Assembly: GCA_030390025.1 (NCBI GenBank)
Contig: CM059432.1
Coordinates: 62,870,001 to 62,934,000 of the forward strand
DNA length: 64,000 bases
Direction: 5' to 3'
Source of the DNA: Squalus acanthias
Taxonomy: Eukaryota
Shown: positions 35,381 to 47,690 of the stretch, one piece after another
Numbering within the stretch: position 1 is the stretch's first letter
Layout of the letters: the number at the start of each line of letters is the position of its first letter
Made by a program: the position numbers and the translations under genes
The notes under the pieces: generated by a model
The model's database searches: none
The model's input: the letters and a program-made list of their open reading frames with translations, nothing else
What the model was told of the DNA's origin: nothing

Positions 35381-36862
35381 GGCCGCAATTTCGCCAACAG
35401 AGGCGGGTCCAGGGTGGCCAGGGTCGGTAGCGTGGTCCCAACCCGCTGCCTGCTCCAGCTCGCTCTCTGCAAGTGATTTTACGTTGATTGGGCTTGTTAA
35501 GCCCGCCCAGCAAGGTTCCCGGACAATTAAAAGGACGCGTCATCAGACGGTTTCCTTAAAGGGACCATGTCCAAATTGATTTTGACAGTTGTGCTGTCAG
35601 TGTTCTACAGCATTGAGGTGCTGCAAACACTGACAAACACTGCACAGAGGTGCACGGCTGCATCTATGCTCTACCATGACTCCCTCCATATGCTTACGGA
35701 GGGAGTCACAGCACAGTGCGGAGGTTCTCTTCCCTTCCAATGGGCAGAAGAGAGCTCCCCAGGAGACCAACGAGCCTGGTTGCACATTGCACAGGAGGGC
35801 ACAAGCAGGGATGTAGTCAGGAGTACCTGGCTGCAGTGGCGCAAACCTTTCAATGATCTCAGTAGATCACGAAACGTTACTGCCAAGCCACACTCAACCT
35901 CATCCTGCTGTGCCACTCATCACATCCCCATCACTCTGCCTTCCCTACCCTACTCTCGCACATCTTTACTCACACCAACTTACCTTGCACCTCCACCCAT
36001 CCCTCTCTGTCTACATTATCACTTCCCCATCTCACTAGCCACCCCTCACACTCACCCTCATCCTACTGCAAGCAAACCAACGAACAACACACAAGCGTAG
36101 GCACTTGGGTGGTTTAGCCAATGTTCATGTGAAGTTTCTGTTAATGTGTTGTCAAATATTGAAATCTTTATTTTCAACACTTTGCGTTCTTGGACAGATC
36201 TGTGTGCACCTTTGGAAGTGGCTTAGTGAGTTGCAGTGAATGGTGAGACATAAGGGTACCCCCCACCCCCCCACAATGGTGATGAGTGTGAAAGGAATGG
36301 CTTGGGCATTGTAGGGATGCTTTATGGTGCTGGTGTAGGGTGGTGCCAACCTGGCACATCATGTGGCAGCCAGGGTGTACAGAGTCACGTGAAGTAAATC
36401 TGGACATGGTGAGGCCATCCCTGGCCTCCTGGACAGCAATGTGGTCGGGTGCTGATGGCCTGTGTCCTGTGCAGCATCAGTTGATTGCGGAGAAGTTTGG
36501 TGTTGATGTTGGTGCTGCTGGTGTCCATTTGCAGCTGTCAGGTTAGTAAATCATCACATGCTGACACCCGACCTCCTTACCTGACGTGATCACCGAGCAG
36601 CGGGGAAGCCGTTGACAAACTCTAAAAATCTAAAGGTGAGCTTAAAATAAGATTTAATTGCCTCTTAACAATGCATTTAATGATCTAAATTGTCTCCCCC
36701 GCCGCTTGGTGTTGGGTCTGTTCAGCGCTGACAGACCCGACACCTGGGAGACTCGCGTGGAGGCGGCTTGACAGTGGGTTGCCGACCCGTTGTTAATCTT
36801 TACTATTTTGACAGCAGACTCGCCTCCGATCCCACTCTCTCAGCGTCGGTAAAATTCTGGCC
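35381..36862 (+). mobile_element. Non-autonomous Harbinger element inserted in CR1
   Basis: TIRs GGCCGCAATTTCGCC / GGTAAAATTCTGGCC, TSD ACT; Myb relic STWLQWRKPFNDLSRS. Confidence 0.8.
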
Positions 36863-37378
36863 ACTGGCCTGTAGTTGCTGGGTTTATCCTTACATCTTTT
36901 TTTGAACAAGGGTGTAACATTTGCAATTCTCCAGTCCTCTGGCATTACCCCGGTACCTAAGGAGAATTGGAAGATTATGATGAGTACTGCTGCGATTTCC
37001 TCCTTAACCTCCCTCAGCATCCTAGGATGCATCCCATCTGGTCCTGGTGACTTATCAACTCTTTATCAAATTTTATCTGATCCAGTAACTCCACTACCTC
37101 CTCTTTCACTATGACTTTGGCAGCATCTTCTTCCTTGGTAAAGACAGATGCAAAGTACTCATTTAGTACCTCAGCCATGCCCTCTGCCTCCATGCTTAGG
37201 TCTCCTTTTTGGTCCCTAATTGGCCCCACCCCTCCTCTTACTACCTGTTTATTATTTATATGCCTATAGAAGACTTTTGAATTCCCTTTTATGTTAGCTG
37301 CCAATCTATTCTCATACTCTCTCTCTTTGCCCCTCTTATTTTCTTTTTCACTTCCCCTCTGAACTTTCTATATTCAGC

Positions 37379-40329
37379 AAAGTGCAGAAAAATATTAAAC
37401 AGGCAAAGTTGAAGGGACTTTATCTAAATGCACGTAGCATTCGCAACAAGGTGGATGAATTAATGGCACAAATAGAAGTAAATGGATATGATGTAATTGC
37501 CATTACAGAGACATGGTTGCAGGGCAACCAAAGCTGGGAACTGAATGTTCCAGGGTACTCAACATTTAGGAAGGACAGACAAAAAGGAAAAGGAGGTGGC
37601 GTAGCGCTGTTAATAAGGGATGAGATCGGTATGGTAGAGATAAAAGATCTTGGCTTGGCAGATCATGATGTAGAACTGGAATCAGTTTGGGTGGAGCTAA
37701 GAAATAGCAAAGAGAGGAAAACATTGTTGGGAGTTGTGTATAGGCCACCAAACAGTAATGGTAATGTAGGGCACAGTATCAATCAAGAAATTAGAAGTGC
37801 ATGTAACAAGGGCAATACGGTAATCATGGGGGACTTTAATCTACATATTGACTGGGCAAATCAAATTACCACTAATGGTGTGGAGGACGAATTCTTGGAA
37901 TGCATGCGAGACGGTTTCCTGGATCAGTATGTGGAGGAACCAACCAGGGAACAGGCTATTCTGGATCTGGTACTGTGTAATGAGAAGGGGCTAATCAATA
38001 ATCTTGTGGTAAAGAGGCCTTTAGGGACAAGTGACCATAATGTGATTGAATTTTACATTAAGTTTGAGAGTGATGTAGTCCAGTCTGAAACTAAGGTCTT
38101 CAATCTAAGCAGAGGAAACTACAAGGGTATGAGGGACAAGTTGGCCATGGTAGATTGGGAGACTACACTAAAAGGTATGAAGGTGGGCATACAATGGCTA
38201 GATTCAAGGAAATAATGCATAATTTGCAACAAACATATATTCCTCTAGGGCATAAAAACCCAAAAGGAAAAGTGATCCAACCATGGCTAACAAAAGAAAT
38301 TAAAGCTAGTATTAAGTCAAAGGAGGAAGCTTATAAAGTTGCCAGAAAAAGCAGTCAGCCTGAGGATTGGGATCTTTTTAGAAATCAGCAAGGAGGGACC
38401 AAGAAATTGATAAAGAAAGGGAAAATGGAATACGAGCACAAACTAGCGAAAAATATAAAAATGGATTGTAAAAGCTTCTATAGATATGTGAAAAGGAAAA
38501 GTCTGGCGAAGGTAAATGTAGGTCCTTTACAGTCAGAGACGGGAGAATTTATAATGGGGAATGAGAAAATGGCAGAGAAATTAAATAAATACTTTGTTTC
38601 TGTCTTCACGGAGGAAGACACAAAAAACCTCCCAGAAATACGAGAAAACTAAGGGTGTGGCAAGAATGAGGAACTTAAAGAAATTATTATTAGTAAAAAA
38701 ACAGTACTAGCAAAATTAATGGGACTAAAAGTCGATAAATCCCAAGGACCGGATGACCTACATCTTAGGATTTTGAAAGAGGTGGCCATTGGGATAGTGG
38801 ACGCATTGGTTGTCATCTTCCAAAATTCTATAGATTCTGGAACGGTTCCTGCAGATCGGAGGATAGCAAATGTAACCCCGCTATTTAAGAAAGGAGGGAG
38901 AGAGAGAAAACGGGGAACTACAGACCTGTTAGCCTCACATCAGTAGTTGGGAAAATGCTGGCATCTATTATAAAGGATGCAATAACTGGGCACTTAGAAA
39001 CTAATAGCAAGATTGGGCAGAGTCAACATGGATTTATGAAAGGGAAATCCTGTTTGACAAACCTATTGGAGTTCTTTGAGGATGTAACTAGTGGAGTTGA
39101 CAAAGGGGAACCGGTAGATGTGGTGTATTTGGATTTTCAGAAGGTCTTCGATAAGGTGCCACACAAGAGGTTGGTGAACAAAATTAGGGCACATGGAATT
39201 GGGGGTAATGTACTAGCACGGATTGAGAATTGGTTAACAGACAGAAAACAAAGAGTAGGGATAAACGGGTCTTTTTCAGGATGGCAGGCTGTGACTAGTG
39301 GGGTACCGCAAGGATCGGTGCTTGGGCCCCAGCTATTCACAATCTATATCAATGATTTGGATGAGGGGACTAAATGTAACATTTCCAAATTTGCTGATGA
39401 TACAAAGCTAGGTGGCAGTGTCAGTTGTGAAGAGGATGTGAAGAGGCTTCAGGGAGATGTCGACAGGCTCAGTGAGTGGGCGAGAACATGGCAGATAGAA
39501 TATAATGTGGATAAATGTGAAGTTATCCACTTTGGTAGAAAAACCAGAAAGGCAGAGTATTTCCTAAATGGTGAAAGATTGGGGAATGCAGATGCTCAAA
39601 GGGACCTGGGTGTCCTTGTACATGAGTCACTGAAAGTGAATGTGCAGGTGCAGCAAGCCATTAGGAAGACAAATAGTATGCAGGCCTTCATTACAAGAGG
39701 ATTTGAGTACAGGAGTAAAGAAGTCTTACTCCAATTATATAGGGCCTTGGTGAGACCACACCTGGAGTACTGTGTACAATTTTGGTCTCCTTACCTAAGG
39801 AAGGATATACTTGCCACAGAGGGAGTGCAACGAAGGTTCACAAAATTGATTCCTGGGATGGCGGGACTGTCGTATGAGAAGAGATTGAGTAAACTGGGCC
39901 TGTATTCTCTTGAATTCAGAAGAATGAGAGGGGATCTCATTGAAGCATACAAAATTATTACAGGGCTTGATAGGGTGGATGCTGGGAGAATGTTTTCCTT
40001 GGCTGGGTAGTCTAGAACCAGGGGCCACAGCCTCAGGATAAAGGGTAGGCCATTCAGGACTGAGATGAGAAGAAATTTCTTCACACAGAGGGTGGTGAAC
40101 CTTTGGAATTCTCTACCCCAGAGGGCTGTGGAGGCTCAGTCTTTGGGTATATTCAAAACAGAAGTCGATAGATTTCTGACTAGTAAGGGCATCAAGGGAT
40201 ATGGCGATAGGGCCGGTGAATGGAGTTGAGGCAGAAGATCAGCCATGATCTCATTGAATGGCGGAGCAGGTTCAAAGGGCCGAATGGCCTACTCCTGCTC
40301 CTATTTCTTATGTTCTTATGTTCTTATGA
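37379..40329 (+). mobile_element. CR1 LINE with near full-length ORF2 (APE + RT), a few stops and frameshifts
   Basis: [53 protein letters not shown]; (TTCTTATG)n tail. Confidence 0.95.
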
Positions 40330-42433
40330 TTCTCACTTGTATTCTCAACCTGACATCTGTCATACGCCCCCTTTTTCTGCTTCATCTTACTCTCTATCTC
40401 TTTCGTCATCCAGGGAGCTCTGGTTTTAGTTGCCCTACCTTTCCCCCTCCTGGGAATGTACCTCGACTGTACCCGAACTATCTCCTCTTTAAAGGCAGCC
40501 CATTGTTCGATTACAGTTTTGCCTGCCAATCTTTGATTCCAATTTACCCGTGCCAGATCCGTTCTCAACCCACTGAAATTTCCCTTCCTCCAATTAAGTA
40601 TTTTTACTCCAGATTGCTACTTGTCCTTTTCCATAGCTAACCTAAACCTTATGATACTATGATAGAGAACATGGTAAAACATCAGGGACAAGTGCGCAGG
40701 AGCCAGGGCGGGGGAAAGGATAGTGCAAGTGCAAGCTCGCCAGAGGGCAAGGTTGCATACTAGTCTGCTGCAGAGGTCTCAGATAAAGACTTCGATGCGC
40801 CAGGCTACAGAAGAAGGCTGATGCTTGGTGCACTGGGAAGCCTGCCAGAGAACCTGTGCACAATGTCAAGGAGCATGGAGGAGTCCAGCTCCAACTTGGC
40901 ACAGGATTTTTGCTCAGAGTTTGGAGCCCATCCTTCCCAACATGGAATGGGTGGTCAGCTCCATCAGCACATCTATGGAACCCACCATGATGGCCGATAT
41001 CACTGCTTCCATTGCAGCACAAACAGTTTCCATCAACGATCTGAGTGCTGCAGTGAAATCTCAGACTGCTGCGTGCAAGCTTAGATTGCTGCCATCGTGG
41101 CTCTGGATACGACTGTACAAGGGGGCTTCTTGGGCATCACAGCAGTCCATCAATCTGTTCTCCAACAGATCAGCAGGACTGCTGAGACGCCGTCCCGGGA
41201 GAGTGGCAGTGGCTCCATGGAGCACAAACCTGCTGTCCTCTCTCAAGATGACAGCATTCGTGCTCCCACCCCTGCGAGATGGTGCAGTATGAAACTGGTC
41301 TCTCTAGGCCCAGAGCTGCTCGAGACCGCCCTCCAAGGACATCTGCAGTCTCCTCAATTGATGGTCAGCAGCCTTCAACCAGCCATGCTGCAACCACTGG
41401 GGAAGCATCTCATGGGAGCACTAGGATAGGGAAAGACACACGGAAGATAGACACTAAGGGAATACACAAGGGTGATTAGTTTAATTTTGTGTGTATTATG
41501 TAAGGAGTGAATTTATAAAATTGGATTTGAAGACGCATTTTCTGATAGTTTTTATTTTTCTTTTGTCAGAAAGAGGACGATATGATGGTCAGTGATAGAA
41601 GAAAGGTAAGGAGTGTGGGACTGTTGGTGAATGGGGAGGTGTGCTTGAGGTTACTGGTGTCGCTCATAACTAATGTGATCATGTAGAGCCCGGGCAGAAA
41701 ATGGGCTGTCTACATATTGGCAGATATGGCCTCCTGCTGAGAACCCTTATTACCCTCCTCCTCCTCCCTCTTCTAGCAGCTTGTCCTGCTCTGCGAGGCC
41801 TCTCTTCATTATCCCAGAGGAAGCCCTACCAGGCCACCCATGTCTGGAAGCAACTTCTTTCAGGACAAGATTTTAAATTATAAAAAAATACTCAAGAACT
41901 GCCAGACCACTTCCTGTAGACTACTCAAACTTTAGCCAAGTACAGGCAAGCTCCAGAAACACATATAATTGCACCAGCAGCCAGAGGAAATAATCCAACA
42001 ACTAACCTGTAAGTACTTCATGATCCCTTTAAATATCAATGGTGGGGATCCTTCATCCTGTTTAACGTTGTGTTCAGCTTTGCGATGTTAAGACAAGCAT
42101 TGGTTGGAGTGTGGAGTTCAAAAATGACAGCAGTGCTTCAAATCAGCGTTGCACACTCATTCGCATCATCACCTCGCTACTCTGCATGCTGCCGGCGGCA
42201 CCGCTTTACCAATATGGCGTCCTGCGCACTTCCCATCGGAAATGTGCATGCGCCCCTTGGACCCCATTTTCTAGTCTTATGTGGCTGCGTAGTGCCTAAA
42301 AAACGGGCGCTACATAGCCCATTTGAACCCCCATAGGTTTTGATAACAACAACAACAACAACTTACATTTATATCGCGCATTTAACGTAGCAAAATGTCC
42401 CAAGGCACTTAATAAGACCGATATCAATAAAAT

Positions 42434-43902
42434 GACCCAGAATTTGCGGCCAGCGGCAAAGCAAAGGCATCCGCCACTGACCCCGAAGTAAGCTTCGCAC
42501 AAAGAGTTCACGATCCCTGTGTCGAGAAGTTCGGGTTTTCTAACGTGTAATTCACATCAACGAAGTTTAGTGGGGATCCCCTAGTGTGAGCTGCTGTGAC
42601 ATCAACAGGCTGTCTAAGCAGCCAATCAAAACACAGAATTCTCAGAGACAGCGAACAAGGAAGTGAGTAAGCCCTTAAAATTCTAAGGGGGAAAAATTCG
42701 GTTGATTTGCGCAAAGCAACTAGCGCCCGGGCGTGGCGTCACTAACGCCTCCCGCAAAATTCAGCAGGCGGTTAGCGGCGGTGGTAACCAATAGCGCCCC
42801 GCGGCGCTGCACCTCTGGCGATGATGACATCGCCGTGCGCAGCATCCCGCTCGCACCCCAGCCGCGATCTTTGGTAGTGCACCCTGACTTACCGCTGGAT
42901 GCTATGTCTGACAGTGTCAGGGGGGCCTACCTGCGGCCAGGGTGGCGCAATTTAACGGGGAGGTGCCGGGCGGCCATTTTTGTTGCTGGCTGCCTGCCAG
43001 CACCTGCCCCCGTTGCTGTCCTCGGCCTCCTGTGAAGCCCCCCTGCGGGGCATTGGCTGCGCTCCATGAGCCTGGCACTCCTCTTGAGTGCCGGGCTGTT
43101 TTGCCGGCACTCCGATCCCTGGTGGCCCAGCTGGGCCCCGGGTCGCGCTGCGCTCGGCCCCTCCCCTTTAATAAGGTAAGCAAGGCCTGCAGTACAGCGG
43201 CGTGACGTGCCGCAGTGCCGTGATATTCACTTGTAGCACCCCAAAAGGGAGGCGGGGCCTTTCCAGGAGCACCCCTCCTCCCTCTTGGGGCGCTACCAGT
43301 GAATTTCGGGCACGGGGGCGCTAATTTGTTTGGGATGCATGATCCAATTTTGCCCCCTAACTTTTTAAAAATGTTAGAGAGAGCAAAACAAAGATTGGAG
43401 CCTTCACATGGGGAAAAGGCAAACCTGAAATAAAGATGAACAAACTTAAAAACATTTTTTTTAAATCTTCTTAAAAAAAATTATTTTTATTAAAATGGAT
43501 AAATTTGGATGCAAAAAATTAAAATTAAGTTTTCAGACCCATAACCTTTGTTTAGCAGTCAATACGCTGTTAAAACTCCAGTTACACCTAATCCCTTAGT
43601 GTCTATCTTTTAGTGGGAAATTTAACAGCGTAATTACTGCGGAAGAGCTGAAGTTTTTGTCAGTTTCCACGATTTGAGAGATTACACTGGTTGCCGGCTC
43701 TGTTGGGGGGTGGGGGGGGGGGCGGGGGAGTGGCGGGGGGACACAGTGCAGCCTGTATCAGAGCAGTGAATGACAGACCACAACTTCAGAATTTCCGTAT
43801 GCGCCTACGCATGCACCAAATCCCGAAGTTGTGGTCAGTTTCTAAGGCAGAATGAAGGCGAATGCTGCCAGTTCACCGTCATCTGGACCACAAATTCTGG
43901 GC
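42434..43902. mobile_element. MITE (Harbinger-type) inserted into the L2 3' end
   Basis: Inverted ends CCCAGAATTTG / CAAATTCTGGG; AAT on both flanks. Confidence 0.65.
42687..43357. mobile_element. 671-bp non-autonomous Harbinger related to the 13195-17412 element
   Basis: Ends GGGGGAAAAATTCGG / CCAATTTTGCCCCC, TSD TAA; 5' interior GCGCAAAGCAACTAGCGCC matches 13253-13271. Confidence 0.85.
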
Positions 43903-44641
43903 AATTATTTTTGGCACCGACCCACAGAAGGAGATTTCAGGACAGATGACCAAAAGCTTGGTCGAAGAGGTAGGTTTAAGGAGCATCTTAAAGGAGGAGA
44001 GAGAGGTAGAGAGGTGGAGTGGTTTAGGGTGGGAATTCAAGAGCTTAGGGCCTAGGCAGCTGAAAGCACGGCCGCCAATCGTGGAGCGATTAAAATCGGG
44101 GATGCACAAGAGGCCAAAATTGGAGGAGCGCAGAGATCTCGAAGTTCTAGTAGGGCTGGAGGCGATTACAGAGATAGGGAGTAGCGAGACCGGGGAGGGA
44201 TTTGAAAACAAGGACGAGGATTTTAAAATTTAGGCGTTGTTGGACCGGGAGCCAGTGCCGGTCAGCAAGCACAGGGGTGATGGGCGAACGAGACTTGGAG
44301 CGAGTTAAGATACGGGCAGCAGAGTTTTGGATGAGCACCAGTTTGTGTAAGGTGGAAGATGGGAGGCCAGCAAGGAGAGCATTAGAATAGTCAAGTCTAG
44401 AGGTAACAAAAGCATAAATGAGAGTTTCAGCAGCAAATGAGCTGAGGCAAGGTTGGAGTCTGGTGATGTTACGGAGGTGGAAATAAGCGGTCTTGGTGAT
44501 GGCGCTGGTATGTGGTCGGAAGCTCATCTCTGGGTCAAACACAACACCAAGGTTGCGAACGGACTGGCGCAGCTTCAGACAGTTGCCAGGGATGGAAACG
44601 GTGGCAAGGGAGGAGAGTCTGTGGCGGGTACCAAAGACAAT

Positions 44642-45415
44642 GGTCGGAATTTTCAGAGATAAGAATGGATGGGCTGGAGGCGTCGGGGGGGGAAGTGAAA
44701 GTTGAAAAAATGTTAACCCCGTACCTAACCTGCCTCCAACCCGCCCACTTTCACCTTTCACTTAGGCGGGACGGGGGGTTGGGAATGGTCGGGCTGCCAA
44801 CCTGCTGCCAAGAGACGGGTTGACAATTTACATATTATAATGAGGCCTGAAGCCTCTACTTTAATCTGCTTTGCAGGATTTACTGCAGGCAGCCGGGGAT
44901 CCCAGGGCTTGGGACTCCTGGTGGCTGCAATGAAGCGGCCTCAGCCTTGGGGAGCGATCCTTGTGGGCCGGGAGGAGCTGGAATGCTTCCTCCCGGCCCC
45001 CCAAGCTCCCCCATCATCAGCCTGCCCCTCCTCGGGGTCAGGGTTTGGACCTCCCCGATATTGGATCACCCCCCCCCCCCACCCGGGCCTGGAACACCCC
45101 TCCCCCGCCGGGGATCAGACTCCCCCCCCCCGCCCCCCCGGTATTGCGACTCTGATCGGACCTCCCCCTCGGGCTTGGACCGACCCCCGGGGGATCAGAC
45201 CCCCCCCCCCGCCGCGGCTTGGATTCCCACCCCCGGGGGATCGGACCCACTCCCCCCCACCCACCATCCTGGGCTCAGCACTTACCTGTTGCTGCAGCCT
45301 CCTTCTCCACATTCCCTGCACGACTGGAATCAGGACGTCACTCAGGCTGACCTCCGCTCGGGGAACCCGCCCCATGCTCCACAGAATGCCGAGAAACCCG
45401 ACCAACTGGTCCATC
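44642..45415. mobile_element. GC-rich MITE-like fragment with C-rich minisatellite
   Basis: Starts GGTCGGAATTTTC; repeated GGATC.GACCCCCCC units at about 45060-45260. Confidence 0.4.
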
Positions 45416-45830
45416 GAGCCTGTCCTATACTATCACAGAGAAGGTTAAGGGGAGATTGAATAGAGGTTTACAAAATTGTGAAGGGTTTTGATAGAGTAAA
45501 GAAGGAAAAGCTGTTTCCAGTGGCAGAAGGATTGGTAACCAGAGGACACAGATTTAATTTAATTGGCAAAAGAACCAGAGGCTAGATGAGGAGAATATTT
45601 TTACACAGCGAGCTGTGCATCTGGAGTGCACTGTCTGAAGGGTGGAGGAAGCAGATTCAATAGTAACTTTCAAAAGGGGATTGGATAAATACTTGAATGG
45701 GAAAAAATTGCAGGGCTATGGGGAAAGGGCAGGGAAATGGGACTAATTTGATAGCTCTTTCAAAGAGCTTGCATAGACATGATGGGCCAAATGGCCTTTT
45801 CTTGTGCTGTATTGTTCTATAATTCTATGA
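45416..45830 (+). mobile_element. CR1 3' fragment
   Basis: RRLRGD..TRGHRF remnants; GGGCCAAATGGCC..TTCTATAATTCTATGA tail. Confidence 0.85.
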
Positions 45831-47690
45831 TCCATTTACCCCCTTTCCCTCATCCACCAACCATACAATCTCCTGCAAGAGGGAAAACACCCAGGAAAAA
45901 ACCGTAGGCCAATTTAGGAAAAAAATGGGAAAATTCCTCTCCAACTCCCTGAAGATAATCAGAAAAGTTCCAGAAGATTACGTGGACTGTGTGGCACATC
46001 CCCCAGGAGCCACCTACCTTCTACATGAGGCTTTGTTGGCCACACCCAGGAACCCGTCCAGCTCCATTTTTAATGCTGGCTCTGAATCCGCACTCAGTGC
46101 CCGTGATGGCATAGATCGATAACTCTCTTTGAAATTATATAACTCCTGACATCTAACCTAGTTCTATGTTTAAGGAACTTAAAGCTCATGTCCTCTGCTT
46201 CTCCTGAACCTATCTATCTCAAAAAGCCTATCCACATGGACATTTTTGGCTGGCCTTTCTACCTGTACTTCTCGTAGAAGCTGCATTTTACTAGCATTTC
46301 AGGTTATCTATTAGAGGGTGGGATAGTTAGCTGAGAGGGGAGGAGTAATACCATCCAGCGGCATTTGCAGATCAACAAGGATTATTACCGATGTCATTCT
46401 TATGTCGTCCATGGGCTGCACCATTCTTCCAATACACAACAGTAGAGATTTGGTGGGGAAGGGAAGGACTTGGGGTCGGTGAGGGGACGCGGCAGTGTGG
46501 TGGGACTAGGTGGTTCAATTAAAATGGTGATTAACTTGGCTTCTAGAAACAAATTATTCTATTCAAATTACTTTTGACCCAATGAATATTTCTGTAAATC
46601 TCTTGTCTCTCATCTAGGTTCAAGGTTCCGCTCGGCACAAGGCTCCGTGGAAACTAACAGCAGAGGCTGTGACCCAGCTTGTCCAGGTCCAGGCCTAATT
46701 TGCAGGCCTTTGGCCACACCCCTGCCCAACAAATGCCAGGAGGGCACTGGAAGACCTGTGGATTTTCAGGGTTACTATTTGTATCAGGAATGCTACTATC
46801 ACAATTTTGTTGCTCTTATCATGATGCAGTTGAAGTACTCCTTCCAGAATTTAGACAGTGAATGGATGCCTCATTTATATACAAACATCACAGTGATAGG
46901 CAGCAGTGGAAGGTACAATGAATGCCAATGCTACTACCCATGCGTGACAACTCAGTACTTTAAAAAGTGTAATGACCTTACCATGCCTGCCAAGGTCTGA
47001 GGAACCAGCCACATCTTCCTAGAATGCACTGTATTAAACATGTTAACAACTTACACTGACCTCTCCTGTCTCTGTGAATGCTTGAATTGTTACAGTTAAT
47101 GCCCAGGAGGGCGCACCATGCCCATTACACTTCAAGGCTTCACCTGAACGTTTTACTTCACTCAGCCGTACATGCTTTCACCCCATTAAAAGACTCAGAT
47201 GGTATGAAATACTTGTAGCATGCAACTGTCATCACCCACACCCCCTTTATGATCCATTTGCTGATTTCTGGATTTTATTGCATTGCAAAAAATATCATTT
47301 AAATTGTTTGCACTATTTTTAAAGGAGAAGACAGCCCATGAGAGCGGAGAGAGATTGGCAACAGGTGGGGAACCATCGAATTCCTACCCTCTCACCCCCT
47401 CCCCCGCCCTGCTACCCTCCCCCCACTGCCCCACCCCCCCCCCCACCAATGGAGTAAGCTCTTCAGATACTGGGGAGGAAGGCCATGCAAGGAGTCACAG
47501 ACAAGGAATTACATAGAAATTACAACATGGAAACAGGCCGTTCAGCCCAACCGGTCTATGTTGGTGCTTATCTTCGACATGAACAGTAAACTTAATTCCA
47601 TGTGCCTGCCCTGTTAACATATCCCTTTATCCCCCTTTCCTTCAACCAGCTTTCTAACAAATTTATAAAAGTTAACATAACCTCCCACAG

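Larger units (their letters stand above)
34013..40660 (-). mobile_element. CR1 LINE in three pieces (34013-35380, 36863-37378, 40330-40660)
   Basis: RT C-terminal ORF 34099-34956 ([19 protein letters not shown]); (ATCATAGA)n tail; pieces join into continuous ORF2 sequence; GATAGA at 34007-34012 and 40661-40666. Confidence 0.9.
32754..42332 (+). mobile_element. Older Harbinger element (Myb gene relic) split by nested insertions; own sequence 32754-34012 and 40661-42332
   Basis: Ends GGGGGTCAAATTGGATA / TAGCCCATTTGAACCCCC; Myb exon 1 RAPRFSDNALE (33061), exon 2 RIGGG, exon 3 continuing at 40661 with PAVLSQDDSI and QQPSTS. Confidence 0.75.
42345..44642 (-). mobile_element. L2 LINE 3' portion, interrupted at 42434-43902
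   Basis: (AAC)n tail and ACTTACATTTATAT end; VRNLGVVFD, AFVTSRLDYSNALL, IQNSAARIL, HWLPV, GGRAFS. Confidence 0.9.

Noticed and set aside
44840..45459. Pro-rich overlapping ORFs
   Set aside because: Produced by C-run low-complexity repeats.
46619..47000. Possible host exon (117-aa ORF after an acceptor-like site)
   Set aside because: Its end TQYFKKCNDLTMPAKV resembles a decayed Harbinger Myb exon 1; there is no other support.
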